Virus record (IMG/VR): IMGVR_UViG_3300018080_000015 | Span: 1 to 64,000 of that record | Source of the DNA: a virus | Strand: one strand, 5' to 3' | Length of the DNA stretch: 64,000 nucleotides | Shown here: piece by piece, positions 54,179 through 63,822 of the stretch | Layout of the letters: every line of letters starts with the position of its first letter | How positions within the stretch are numbered: the stretch's first letter is position 1 | The notes under the pieces: model-generated | The model's database searches: none | Told to the model about the DNA's origin: nothing | The model's input: only the letters and a program-made list of their open reading frames with translations | Position numbers and translations under genes: made by a program

Positions 54179-54421
54179 CTAGGAAGTACTGCGTGGGGTC
54201 GCCTTTACGGGCGAGACTCCCGGCCTCCACGTCGCTGGTACCCATCCGGTGTCTCTCTCGAGGATGACATACGCTGTGGGCTCTCTTTGGGTGCGTGTGT
54301 GAGACAAACTTATTGTGTGAGCGCTCCATCCGTCCTCCGCCGCCGCCATCAGATAGAACTCGAGCTTGTTCCACGGCACCTTTTCCGCCTTGTACTCGTA
54401 CAACATCTTATGTTTCTGCAT
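54179..54421 (-). CDS. small hypothetical protein
   Basis: AGGAG RBS right after the portal stop. Confidence 0.55.
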   Translation of the reverse strand: MQKHKMLYEYKAEKVPWNKLEFYLMAAAEDGWSAHTISLSHTRTQREPTAYVILERDTGWVPATWRPGVSPVKATPRSTS

Positions 54422-54430
54422 GGTCGGCTC

Positions 54431-56215
54431 CTAAACCGATGGGATGTGGGGCACCGTGTTTGGGATCTGGTGGCTGCGAGAGATGTGCCCGAGCATCTCC
54501 TCGACGCAGAACTTGAGCTCGTCAAGATCCGCACGCAGCTCAGTGTCGTTGTCGGCGAGCCCGTAGAGCACCTCGCCCAGTTCCGAAGCGTAGTCGGAGA
54601 GAATCATACCCTCACGGGTACCAGCACGACCGAGCCGGGGCGTGGGCGGGTAGGGAGGCCTGCCGTTGCCCTGATCAGGTTGTGGTGGACCGGGAGGCTG
54701 TTGTCCTGGAGGCGGCCCGAAACGCTGCTGCATCTGCTGGGTGCGCTCCCGCTGCTTGAGCATCATCTCCAGCGTCTCTTTGACCTTATCGTCGTCGTAG
54801 CCGAGCGCTGCCTTCATGATGGCCTCGTCGGGCAGGAACATGACGCCCTTGTACTTCGCGGCCAGGTCTGCGCGGAGCATCTGCATCCGCACATAGGCCT
54901 CGTCATCGTGGTGCGTCAGAGACGGCCATTCGAAGACGAGACGGCGCTCTCGCAGGAAGTCGATGGAGATGCCGTACGAGGCAAGGGCGTAGAAGTAGAT
55001 CTCTGCCATGCCCGTCTCGAAGTAGCCTCGGATGCGGCGACACGCGCGCATGAAGCTGAGCACTTGCTCGTCGATCACGTTCCGAATGTTCGGGCCTGTG
55101 AGACCGAGCCATGCCTCGGGGATGCGAACGCCTGCGAGGAGGTAGCGGTACTTGTGAGCGACATCCTGGATCTGCCCCACGGACGAGTCCCCCGGGATCT
55201 GAGCGATCTCGTTGTTCTTGTCCGTGAAGATGTCCTCCTCCTCCAGTATCGGGTTGCGCCCTTGCCGGGTCTGCCCGTTGTTCGGGTCGATCCAAGAGCG
55301 CTTGGTGAGGAGCTCTTTCTGCTTCTTGATGAAGGTCTCTTTGTCGTCCCCCATCAGCTTTCCGCACTCGAGCCGCCATAGGAGCCGACGGTGCGCCTTT
55401 GTGAGCCTGGCGATGGTGAGGCCTTGCTCGATGAGCTTGATCTCGTTGCACTGGGGCACCATCGAGACGAGCAGGGATTCCCCGTAGCCAGACTGGAGTT
55501 CGGATGCCATGCGGAAGTGTTGGATCTGCCAGGCGTCGAACGTGACCTCTCCGCCCTCTCCGACACCTCTGAGTGCGACGCTGCCATACTCGGGGAGCTG
55601 GCTGTATGGTTTCTCCGGATCGAGCCGACCGTCGGGAAGCTGGTTGCGGAACATGTTGCGCTTCTCGAGGCGCTGCAGCCGCACCATACCCTCGGGCATG
55701 AAGACCTTCTCGATCCAGTCTTCCCCGGCCCAACACATGTCGTAGACGATGTTCCAGGCGAAGCTCGGGAGCTTGAGCCTATCGTCGACCTCCTTGATCT
55801 CCTCCTTCAGCAGTTCGTCGTTGTCGCTGAAGTGGACCGAGTAGGTCTTCTTGTCGCCTTCTCCAGGCACTGGCTCGATGGCGGAACCGCCCGCCACGTA
55901 GTCAGCATAGATCTCGATGGAGCGCTTGACGACCGAAAGCTCGAGACAGCCCTTGAAGGACTGAAGCCGTGCGCGTCGGGTGCGACCGGGAGTGAGCGCC
56001 TCCTCGAGCTCTTGGTACTTCGAGACGAAACCTTGGTCTCGGATGTCCTTGAAGCGCTCCGAAGCTGTGTCGTGGCGGTGCTCGCCCTTCGTCAGCGGCG
56101 TTGGGTCGCCCCCGAAGAAGAGGTTTCGGATGGTGTCCACCAGCGCTTCGGAGAGCTCTTCGCCTTTAGGGATCTCCTCGGAGAGCGCTGTGCGGATTTC
56201 TTCGTTGGTTGGCAT
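54431..56215 (-). CDS. portal protein (T4 gp20-like)
   Basis: IQHFR..YGESLL, IARLTKAHRRL, EEDIF, IPG..IQDV..L.IP..LG; follows the terminase. Confidence 0.9.
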   Translation of the reverse strand: MPTNEEIRTALSEEIPKGEELSEALVDTIRNLFFGGDPTPLTKGEHRHDTASERFKDIRDQGFVSKYQELEEALTPGRTRRARLQSFKGCLELSVVKRSIEIYADYVAGGSAIEPVPGEGDKKTYSVHFSDNDELLKEEIKEVDDRLKLPSFAWNIVYDMCWAGEDWIEKVFMPEGMVRLQRLEKRNMFRNQLPDGRLDPEKPYSQLPEYGSVALRGVGEGGEVTFDAWQIQHFRMASELQSGYGESLLVSMVPQCNEIKLIEQGLTIARLTKAHRRLLWRLECGKLMGDDKETFIKKQKELLTKRSWIDPNNGQTRQGRNPILEEEDIFTDKNNEIAQIPGDSSVGQIQDVAHKYRYLLAGVRIPEAWLGLTGPNIRNVIDEQVLSFMRACRRIRGYFETGMAEIYFYALASYGISIDFLRERRLVFEWPSLTHHDDEAYVRMQMLRADLAAKYKGVMFLPDEAIMKAALGYDDDKVKETLEMMLKQRERTQQMQQRFGPPPGQQPPGPPQPDQGNGRPPYPPTPRLGRAGTREGMILSDYASELGEVLYGLADNDTELRADLDELKFCVEEMLGHISRSHQIPNTVPHIPSV

Positions 56216-56376
56216 CAGCTTTTACCTTGGACCTTGCGAATGCGCTTCACTGACTTGCGGAGCCGTTTCATCTTCGGTTCTCGAGCTGCCCTGTAGTCTG
56301 GGCGCTTCCCAGATGCGAAGGACGTTCTCTCGTATTTCCACGTGCCTACCTCCTGGTGGGACCTAGCTTAGAGCGC

Positions 56377-56727
56377 TCACGGTCTCCGGTCCAGCGTGAG
56401 CCCGCGCAAATCGACGTAGCTCTGGAAGGTGCGGATTGGTGGGCACCGGCTGGCAATGAGCTCGGGCGGTCCGTTGACGAAACAGTGCTTGTGTCTGCCC
56501 TCGAAGTTCTCAAGGAGCTTGAGCGCGAGCTCTTCCTGATTCGACTTCTCGGGCACGGGCCAATCGTAGAAGAGCCAGACCGATTGACCGCAGCCGTGAC
56601 AGCACAGCTCTAGGACGATGAAGCCGAGCCGTTTGACGTCTTCGTCGCAAAGGAAACAGTGGCGATGCACGTGCGGGGAGCGCGCGTTGCACTTCGTCAC
56701 GTAAAATCGCTCTGGCTCGGACATCAC
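56377..56727 (-). CDS. Cys/His-rich hypothetical protein
   Basis: HCFLC and CHGC; overlaps the terminase stop. Confidence 0.6.
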   Translation of the reverse strand: MMSEPERFYVTKCNARSPHVHRHCFLCDEDVKRLGFIVLELCCHGCGQSVWLFYDWPVPEKSNQEELALKLLENFEGRHKHCFVNGPPELIASRCPPIRTFQSYVDLRGLTLDRRP

Positions 56728-58889
56728 AGATTGAAGTTGAAGTCTGCGAAGGGATCGGTGTTGACGTTCTCAGGAGCGCTACCGCCCATGATCTTGAGGA
56801 GCTGGCGTTCGGCCGAGTTGGCGATGTCCAGCTTCTCCATCTCCCCGAGGGTAAACGGCACCGGCTTCCTGATCACGTGAAAATCGCGAGCGATGTGCGC
56901 ATGAACCGCAGCCACGCAGTCTGCCACGTCCTTGGTTCCGAGTGTGCCGTCCGCACGAGTCGCAGTGCAGTTGATCTTGTCGAGCTCGGTGTCGTACTCG
57001 AGCGAGCTGCAGTCCATGAAGAAAGGCTCGTAGGCGTAGAAGCTCGTGCGCCTGTCGATCATTGACTGTCGAAGGTACTCGTACGGTGCTGTGGTGCGCT
57101 CGAGGGAGAGAAGCTCGGCCTCGATGCCCACTGCTTCGAAGGCGTCGATGGAATCGGCCGATTGGAACTGGTCGAAGGAAACCCGCTCGAAGCCAGGATA
57201 CTCGCCGAAGGCGTAGCACGCCCAGATGATATCCCTCAGACGACGGGGCTCGAGCTTGCCCCCGGGCGGAGCGTAGAACCTGCACATCACGTCGATGATG
57301 GTGATCGGGCGCTCTTCGACGAAGAAGATCCAGCCCCCTTCAACCTCTTCGTTCTCTTCCTTTACGATGCGCTGCTTGTAGCCGCCGAAGTGACCGATGG
57401 CGAAAGCAGCCCCGCACTTCGTCCGTGCAAGGTCGCCGTGGACGTAGCGGGTCCTGTGCGGGTTGACCTTGGGGTACTTGGCGAAGTTCTCCGCAGTCTT
57501 GTGGTGGTCGTAGCGGGTCGGGTCGAACAGCTCGCCCTTCGAGTTGAGGAGCTGGGTCGGGAACTTCGAGCGAAGAATCTGGGATGCAGAGATGCCTTGA
57601 GGCTCCGGGAGCTTGAACGGGTGCTCCCTGGGGATGTCTCCGCAATCCTCGAGCCCCACACAGCCCCTGTAGATCGACGTCTCCTCCATGAACGGATTGC
57701 GGGCCAGGATGGACCAGCCCGAGATGTCCTTGATGGCTTTGTGCAGGTTGTCGATGTAGAGGTCTTTGAGCTTGTGTGGAACAGCCTGGATGCGACACCC
57801 GGCCGGCATGCGATCAGCGAGCTTCTTCAGGTCTGCTTTTTCGACTTGGTCGTCGTCCCCAAGCATACGAGACGGGTTCGCAGCGTTGCCAAGGAAGATG
57901 TAGAAGCGCTTGGTCCCGTACTTGTGGTCTGGACGGGACATCTTGGGGAGCCACTGGGGGTAGTCCAAGACGGCGACGCGGGGATTGCCCTTCGAGGTTT
58001 CGATTCTGCGCTCGAGAAAGTCGCCGGGGAACTGCTTCGAGGAGATCATGTAGAGCCGGGCGAGTACGAAGTCCTCTTCAGTGACGTAGCGGGATGCTTG
58101 GCGGCCCGCGAAGGCGTCGAAAAGCACCTTGGCCTGGTCATACTCTCCGGCGAGTTTGGAGTGGCGGGATTGTGCAGCTCCGACCATGAAGTTGAGCTCG
58201 TCGAGACAGCCCCCGATGACGTTCTCGCCCAGGATGGAGCTCTCGCGGGAGTTGCCCGCCATCCAGACGACGTTCTGCTTCGGCCACCAAAGCATGTCCT
58301 TGCCCGTGGGCCTGAACAGCTCGTGGTTTTGGAAGAGAGGTGAGGCCATCAGCGCATCGGTGACGTAGTTCCACATGACGTCGTGGGCACTGCGGCCGTC
58401 GACGGAAAGTGTGGCGAAGACGATGCGGGAGTCTGGAGCGTTGTCGAAGATACTTTGCGGGTTCTTCCGACAGAGCGTGTGATAGAGCTCGTAGGAGATC
58501 CCCATGTGCGCAGCGTAGTTCTTTCCCCACCCAATAGCCCCCGTCAGGATGACCTGCTTGATGAAGGGATTGTTCAGGATACGACAAAGACGGTCGAGCA
58601 GCAGCGGGTGTAGGTTGCGCCCCCGGTGCCCCATGTAGTCGTTGTCGAGAAAGAACTGCCGCGGAGAGACGGGCGGGATGTAGAAGTGCTCAGAGTCGAG
58701 CGCGTTGCGCGTTGGGGTCTTGGCCGCGTTGGTCTTTCTCTGCTTGACGCGCTCTTGGAGCTCTCGGATGAGAATGCCGCGTTGGACTGGCGAGAATCGG
58801 TTGAGGCGCTCGATGATCGGAGGAGGAGATGGGATCTGTTCCCATCCCCCGAGCCCCTCTACCAGATGCTGGCCAATGTCAGCGCCCAT
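56724..58889 (-). CDS. terL: terminase large subunit
   Basis: Walker A TGAIGWGKN, Walker B CLDE, ISS; nuclease HGDLA, SFDQFQS, KDVADCVA. Confidence 0.92.
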   Translation of the reverse strand: MGADIGQHLVEGLGGWEQIPSPPPIIERLNRFSPVQRGILIRELQERVKQRKTNAAKTPTRNALDSEHFYIPPVSPRQFFLDNDYMGHRGRNLHPLLLDRLCRILNNPFIKQVILTGAIGWGKNYAAHMGISYELYHTLCRKNPQSIFDNAPDSRIVFATLSVDGRSAHDVMWNYVTDALMASPLFQNHELFRPTGKDMLWWPKQNVVWMAGNSRESSILGENVIGGCLDELNFMVGAAQSRHSKLAGEYDQAKVLFDAFAGRQASRYVTEEDFVLARLYMISSKQFPGDFLERRIETSKGNPRVAVLDYPQWLPKMSRPDHKYGTKRFYIFLGNAANPSRMLGDDDQVEKADLKKLADRMPAGCRIQAVPHKLKDLYIDNLHKAIKDISGWSILARNPFMEETSIYRGCVGLEDCGDIPREHPFKLPEPQGISASQILRSKFPTQLLNSKGELFDPTRYDHHKTAENFAKYPKVNPHRTRYVHGDLARTKCGAAFAIGHFGGYKQRIVKEENEEVEGGWIFFVEERPITIIDVMCRFYAPPGGKLEPRRLRDIIWACYAFGEYPGFERVSFDQFQSADSIDAFEAVGIEAELLSLERTTAPYEYLRQSMIDRRTSFYAYEPFFMDCSSLEYDTELDKINCTATRADGTLGTKDVADCVAAVHAHIARDFHVIRKPVPFTLGEMEKLDIANSAERQLLKIMGGSAPENVNTDPFADFNFNL

Positions 58890-58894
58890 GCTGC

Positions 58895-59092
58895 TCAGCC
58901 GTGGATATCAAACTCATCGTCGGCCTCTGTAAGGTAAACGCCGCGCGCCGCAAGATCGTTTCGAGCCATGAGCTCAGCGGTGGATCGGTCGTGGCCTTTG
59001 GCCCTGTACGACTCGATGAGCCTGGCGAGCGTGATCGGCTCACCGGTGGAACTTTCGAGCCAGGCCTCAGAACGGGTTTGTTTTGTCGTCAT
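58895..59092 (-). CDS. small hypothetical protein
   Basis: RBS-supported ORF upstream of terL. Confidence 0.5.
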   Translation of the reverse strand: MTTKQTRSEAWLESSTGEPITLARLIESYRAKGHDRSTAELMARNDLAARGVYLTEADDEFDIHG

Positions 59093-59312
59093 GATCGTCC
59101 CTCTCCGGGCAGTGCTCGATGTGATGATCCCACATTTCGAGCTTGAGTTGTCGCCAGCGTCCAAGGACACTGTGACGCCTTTTGTACCGCCAGTCTACAG
59201 GATCATCGCTCGAGCTCCACATCATCCACCAGACGTCGCGGTAGGTGCAGCCCGTGCGAAAGGTATCGTAATCCAACCCGCAGTGAGGGCACCGCTCGGA
59301 CATATCCGCCAT
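59067..59312 (-). CDS. small Cys/Trp-rich hypothetical protein
   Basis: GAGG RBS; CPHC..FRTG..WRYKRRHSVLGRW. Confidence 0.6.
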   Translation of the reverse strand: MADMSERCPHCGLDYDTFRTGCTYRDVWWMMWSSSDDPVDWRYKRRHSVLGRWRQLKLEMWDHHIEHCPERDDHDDKTNPF

Positions 59313-59683
59313 CGTGCACCTCAGAAGTGGCCAGGGGAGGGGAGAGCTCCCCCGGCCTGTGGTGCAAACGCGCCCCCGTAAGCACGTGTGGTCTTGCACC
59401 GAGCTGGTTGTGATCATAGCACCTCGTGCAAACGATTCACCAGAGGCGATAGACGCCCCAAGGTCGACGAGACTCAGACAACGACAACTCCTCCAGATGC
59501 CGCACATAGGCCCATGCGGTAGCTGTGGGATCTGGAAGCACCTGTGAGGCTAGTAGATACTCGAAAACCACCGTCTGCATCTGCCACAGCCGACAACCCC
59601 ATTTCCTAGTTCCTTTACACGTATCCGATCCATAACAGTCTTGGTGTCTCGCGCGCGCGCGAGCGTCGAGCCAAGTCCAGCGT

Positions 59684-60076
59684 TCATGCGGGATCGCTCG
59701 GATCGCCCTTGACGAAGTTAGCGTCATCCAGCATCGCACAAAGCTTCGTTTTGCCCCTCACCCTCAACTCGTTCATGTGCTCACGCTGAATATCCTCGAC
59801 TATCATGGCCACTTCGAACGGGTGGTAGAAGCCCTTGTACCGAACCACCGTGCCGATAGGCTCTGAAAGCTGCTTTCGCGCCTCCGCGAGTGTCCGCTTC
59901 CTAGACCAGTAATGCTTGCCGAAGACGAGAACGTTTCCTGCGTCGTCGTAGACGGTCCAAATGCGCCCGTAGGCCGACATGGTTCTGAACACGTGGACCT
60001 TCATGCTATCGCCTGAGAGGTCCGTGCAGCTTTTCTTCAGGAACTGCGTACGGGCCTGTGGTGCTTTTGTGCCCAT
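59684..60076 (-). CDS. hypothetical protein
   Basis: AGGAGG RBS before ATG 60076. Confidence 0.6.
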   Translation of the reverse strand: MGTKAPQARTQFLKKSCTDLSGDSMKVHVFRTMSAYGRIWTVYDDAGNVLVFGKHYWSRKRTLAEARKQLSEPIGTVVRYKGFYHPFEVAMIVEDIQREHMNELRVRGKTKLCAMLDDANFVKGDPSDPA

Positions 60077-60171
60077 TGCTACCTCCTAGTAGGCTTTACA
60101 CATATCTGATTCCAAGGGAGAATTTCACGTCCCTAAGATTCTCGGGGGAAAAGCTGCACGCAGTCAATGCG

Positions 60172-60426
60172 TTAAAGCTCCTCCCCGAGAGCCTCAGCTG
60201 CGTCTCGGATGAGCCCCATGTGATACCAATCCTCCCGCAGAAACTTGTTGGCATCGTTGTACAGCGACACGATGTTGTCCTGGTTGCTTCGTGGGGCGCC
60301 CATGACATCGCAGAGCTGCCTGAGTCTCCCGGCAGCGAGCGCGAGCTTGTAGAGCTGCTTGCAGTGACACGGAAAGTTCTCAGGCAGGGCTCCTGAGTTG
60401 TGAGGACAATGGGGTAGGTGCTTCAT
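60172..60426 (-). CDS. hypothetical protein
   Basis: AGGA RBS; HCPH..CHC. Confidence 0.6.
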   Translation of the reverse strand: MKHLPHCPHNSGALPENFPCHCKQLYKLALAAGRLRQLCDVMGAPRSNQDNIVSLYNDANKFLREDWYHMGLIRDAAEALGEEL

Positions 60427-60527
60427 TTTTTACGTCCTGGAAATAACGCCGACTTCAAAACGAGGCAAAGACCTGATGGTGCTCGGCGTGGTAGATGACC
60501 TTTGAAGACGAGAACGCGGGAGCTGGC

Positions 60528-61145
60528 TCAATCGCTTTTACGGAGTAGAACAGTTTGCTTCACGTTGTAGCCGTGCTCGAGCCAAACCTTCCACCTCAGC
60601 AACTCCTCTACGGCGGGGGACTTGAAGGGCTCCTTCAGCATGTCGATGGGGCGGAAGCCTCCCGGCTCGCAATCGGTGTTCTCCTTGAGCACCCTGTGTC
60701 GGGAGTCTTCGACGGTGTTCGTCACCAGGATGGCAGAGCTCTCCTCGAAGTAGAGGGTGAGCATGCGGAGGCACTCCCACAGAGGCCAATGCTGAAGCAC
60801 GTCCTTGACGATGATGAGGTCTGCGCGGACGGTGAAGTCCCGGATGTCGGCACAGACGAAAGCGATATTGCGCTTTGCGAAGCGGGCGGAGAGCTTTCTG
60901 ATTAGAGGCTCGACAACGTCCACGCCGAGGTAGTCGACGTTGCCCCAGTCGACGTGCCGGGAGAATGTCCAATCTCCGCAGCCGAGATCCAGGACCGTCT
61001 TGATGCCGCGCTCCGCGATGAGAGCCTCCAGGAGCTCTCTGTAGGGCTTCGTGGCCGTGAGGGTAGAGCCGCAGCCGCTGATGGGGTCGTGGGGCGAGAC
61101 GGCCCATTCTCGCTGCTCGTAGATACGGGTGAATGTCTGCCTCAT
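60528..61145 (-). CDS. class I SAM-dependent methyltransferase
   Basis: F..IY...W..SGCGS, VLDLGCGDW, YLGVDVV, DLIIVKDVLQHW. Confidence 0.9.
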   Translation of the reverse strand: MRQTFTRIYEQREWAVSPHDPISGCGSTLTATKPYRELLEALIAERGIKTVLDLGCGDWTFSRHVDWGNVDYLGVDVVEPLIRKLSARFAKRNIAFVCADIRDFTVRADLIIVKDVLQHWPLWECLRMLTLYFEESSAILVTNTVEDSRHRVLKENTDCEPGGFRPIDMLKEPFKSPAVEELLRWKVWLEHGYNVKQTVLLRKSD

Positions 61146-61339
61146 GGCTTCACCGGGTCTGGGGTAAAGTAGAGTGGGATGTACGGATACAGCCGCAGTC
61201 GATTCTTACATCGGGAGCAGATATCCACAAACCGACCCCCTTCTTCAGAAATACAGACACCAAAGTGCTCGGCGGGATACATCTCGCAGAGCTCGCAGTG
61301 AATGACATCTCCGCACTCGTCCTTCCTGTGCTTGCTCAT
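61142..61339 (-). CDS. small zinc-finger-like protein
   Basis: CELC..CSRC; ATGA overlaps at both ends. Confidence 0.55.
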   Translation of the reverse strand: MSKHRKDECGDVIHCELCEMYPAEHFGVCISEEGGRFVDICSRCKNRLRLYPYIPLYFTPDPVKP

Positions 61340-61560
61340 GTGTCCTCTCGAGGAAATGTCTTCGATAGCTGCTCGAAGAAGCTCCGCGTCTTCTCGTCGT
61401 AGGGGATCAGTGCCCCCGCAAAGTCGCCCGATGACTTGTAGGCGTACTGCCTGTTGCAACGGTGACAGCGGACGAGCAAGCTCTGCCCACTGAGCGCCCG
61501 CTCGAAGACGAGTTGGTGGCCAAAGACGAGACAGATCAGGCGCCGGAAGAGAAGAATCAT
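61336..61560 (-). CDS. small hypothetical protein
   Basis: CLVFGH..CHRC motif; coupled. Confidence 0.6.
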   Translation of the reverse strand: MILLFRRLICLVFGHQLVFERALSGQSLLVRCHRCNRQYAYKSSGDFAGALIPYDEKTRSFFEQLSKTFPREDT

Positions 61561-61709
61561 TCTTCAGGCTCCTCATTCGGATCTGGCATGGGAACAATCC
61601 AAGTGGGCTGGTTGAAGTGCACTGTAGCCTCCTTGAGTAGAGCGGTGCTTGCCCCCTTCAGCTTTTTGATGTTTTCCTCGGTCTTGGAGTCATCCCTCGA
61701 AGTCCTCAT
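61557..61709 (-). CDS. small hypothetical ORF (50 aa)
   Basis: Manual translation MRTSRDDSKTEENIKKLKG..EEPEE; its stop overlaps the next ATG. Confidence 0.35.
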   Translation of the reverse strand: MRTSRDDSKTEENIKKLKGASTALLKEATVHFNQPTWIVPMPDPNEEPEE

Positions 61710-63822
61710 CACTGAAGCGAAGAGCGTGGCAAATGTAGTATTCGCGCTTCTTCGCGAACTGCTTGAAGGGACGCACCTTCACGATCACCCCTTCCATTTT
61801 CGAGCCGTCTGGACCAAAGCCCTTGGCGTTGCCCTCGATGAGCAGGATCCCCTCGCCTTTTTCAAACCGCTGAGTGTGCTTGTTGGGCATAGCATCCCAT
61901 ACGTCCTGCGGAATACCAGACGTGTGCCCGAGAGTCCCGAGGCACAGCGTGATGTGGTTGCCGTCTCGCTTCTTCCCGTTGCCAACCACGACCACATCAC
62001 CAGGCCGAATGCGTTTCCTCACGTACTCAAGTCCAGAATCGTTCGGAAGTTGGTTGATATCGAACACCCGCCGATCTGTGTGCGGCTTCCGGTTCGGGTG
62101 CTCCTTCGTCGGGCCCCAGTTCTTCCCCTCGCCGTCGAGCCAATCTTGAATGCGGGCTGTCGAGGCGAGAGCGAGCTGCCGGATGCGCTTGTTGAGGCGC
62201 CCCCCGAAGCATGCTGCCACGAACGCGCCGCACCAAGCTGACTGGCCGTTGCGCGCGTACCGATCAAGCCAGTGCCAGTACATCCCCAGCTCGTCACGGA
62301 TGAAGCCGTCGATCTCCCCACAGTTCTCGCCCGGAGGTTCGTGAATGCCCTTGCGCCAGAACCCCAGCGCGCAATCGAGCGTCTGCCGAGTATACCTCTC
62401 CGCCTTTGGTACGATGGTGCCCGTGATCTCGACTGGGACCACCATCTCGCTCATCGAGAAGTCCCGCCTCGTGCGCCTGAGCTCATCAACGGACCGCTTC
62501 ACGAGCCGATCCAGTGCTCTCTCGGTAAGTACTTCCGCGAACGCGGGAGCCCCGTCGAAAAAGGCTGCGAGAGCCTCTACTGTCTTCGGCCCGTAAATGC
62601 CATCGATTTCTCCCACGTATTCATTGTACAAGAGACGCTGTATCGCCTTCACCGTGTGACTCTTGTTGCCCCGCACAGCGACGTTTTCGTTATCCAGTTT
62701 TGTCATGGTCCCGCTCCTTCGAAAAACAACCCCGCAGGGCTGCGTGATGGGCATGCCGTCGTCCACCTCCACCGTCGCGATTTCGATCCGTGCCCATTCA
62801 GGCTTTGTTCCGTCGACTCGGATAACGTCGCGAGTGTAGGCGAGAGCGTCTGCGGAGACGCTGGTAGGAGCTCGACCGATAAACTCCTCCATGCTTTGAA
62901 TGAGCTCCCAGCGCTCAAGGTGGTCGTATAGATTTTCATCACAGTAGGCGGTTTCAAGGATCTTGGTCTCCATGTAGTCGTTTCCTACGATCTCGATGGC
63001 CTCATTGATGATCGAGCGCATTCCGCCAGCGCCGCGTGAGTTGGTCAGGCGAATGAGCCCGGCGAGGCTCGTCGCGAACACCCAGTCATACTGCGCCATC
63101 ATCTCGAGCCCAGGAGGCGAATAGCTGGCCAGCCACTCGCGCACACAGAGCTTCACGATATCTGGATGCTGCGCGATCTCCCACCAACCCGAGAGCAGCC
63201 AGTCGTAGCGCTCCTTGTAGGGCTCCTTGCCGCGTTGGATGTGGATGTTGGAGCGAATCCAGTTCTCGTTGACCATCAGGCCTGCAGCCTCTTCGCCCCA
63301 GGCCCACTTGGCGAGCTTGGGAGCCTCTTGCGCAATGGTCGCCAGGAGTTTTGGTGCTGTGTCGCTCCACCAGTGGGCGATGCCGATGGAGAGCTCGTCC
63401 AGCGAGATCCAGGAGTCGGGGCTCCGGGAGAAGGTCACGTCTTTCCAGCCCGAGACGAGCAAGCACAGCCCGGCCTCGAAAGTGCCCGTGCTCGTGGTCT
63501 CCTCCCACGCAGGGCACTTTTGCCTGTAGACGTTGGGGCAGTGGTCGTAGCCCCACATCTCCTCTGGCGGAGGCACGACGTGCTTCGGCGGGAAGGGTGA
63601 TTCGGTCAGACCGGGGCTTGAGCGCATCGCTTGGTAGGTGGCCGGGCCGATCTTGCCGTCGGCGTCTAGGTCGTTCGCCTTCTGCCAGCAGGTAACAGCT
63701 TCGACGGTGTCCGGCCCCCAGTAGCCGTCGAGCTCGACGCCCACGAGTCCCTGGAGCTCCAATGTCTCGTTTTTGTCGTAGCGAGCTTTGTTGTAGTCGA
63801 TGGCTGCTTGGATTGTGCTCAT
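61690..63822 (-). CDS. modular endolysin: PG-binding, lysozyme-like, PG-binding and CHAP-like domains
   Basis: DGYWGPDT..WQ..DGKIGPAT; LSIGIAHW; VKAIQRLL..DGIYGPKT; WCGAFV..HIT..IEGN. Confidence 0.8.
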   Translation of the reverse strand: MSTIQAAIDYNKARYDKNETLELQGLVGVELDGYWGPDTVEAVTCWQKANDLDADGKIGPATYQAMRSSPGLTESPFPPKHVVPPPEEMWGYDHCPNVYRQKCPAWEETTSTGTFEAGLCLLVSGWKDVTFSRSPDSWISLDELSIGIAHWWSDTAPKLLATIAQEAPKLAKWAWGEEAAGLMVNENWIRSNIHIQRGKEPYKERYDWLLSGWWEIAQHPDIVKLCVREWLASYSPPGLEMMAQYDWVFATSLAGLIRLTNSRGAGGMRSIINEAIEIVGNDYMETKILETAYCDENLYDHLERWELIQSMEEFIGRAPTSVSADALAYTRDVIRVDGTKPEWARIEIATVEVDDGMPITQPCGVVFRRSGTMTKLDNENVAVRGNKSHTVKAIQRLLYNEYVGEIDGIYGPKTVEALAAFFDGAPAFAEVLTERALDRLVKRSVDELRRTRRDFSMSEMVVPVEITGTIVPKAERYTRQTLDCALGFWRKGIHEPPGENCGEIDGFIRDELGMYWHWLDRYARNGQSAWCGAFVAACFGGRLNKRIRQLALASTARIQDWLDGEGKNWGPTKEHPNRKPHTDRRVFDINQLPNDSGLEYVRKRIRPGDVVVVGNGKKRDGNHITLCLGTLGHTSGIPQDVWDAMPNKHTQRFEKGEGILLIEGNAKGFGPDGSKMEGVIVKVRPFKQFAKKREYYICHALRFSDEDFEG

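Noticed and set aside
53831-55381. 516-aa + strand ORF, and similar long opposite-strand ORFs (13147-14484, 35439-36581, 46593-47675, 57162-58343)
   Set aside because: They are antisense shadows of well-supported genes, expected from GC-rich codon bias, and have no recognisable motifs.
56724-58889. Intein or intron in the terminase or polymerase
   Set aside because: No intein terminal motifs or homing endonuclease motifs were seen, and both ORFs are continuous.
59648-59663. (CG)6 palindromic run as a Z-DNA element
   Set aside because: It is short, lies in a GC-rich genome and is probably inside a small ORF; nothing else supports it.
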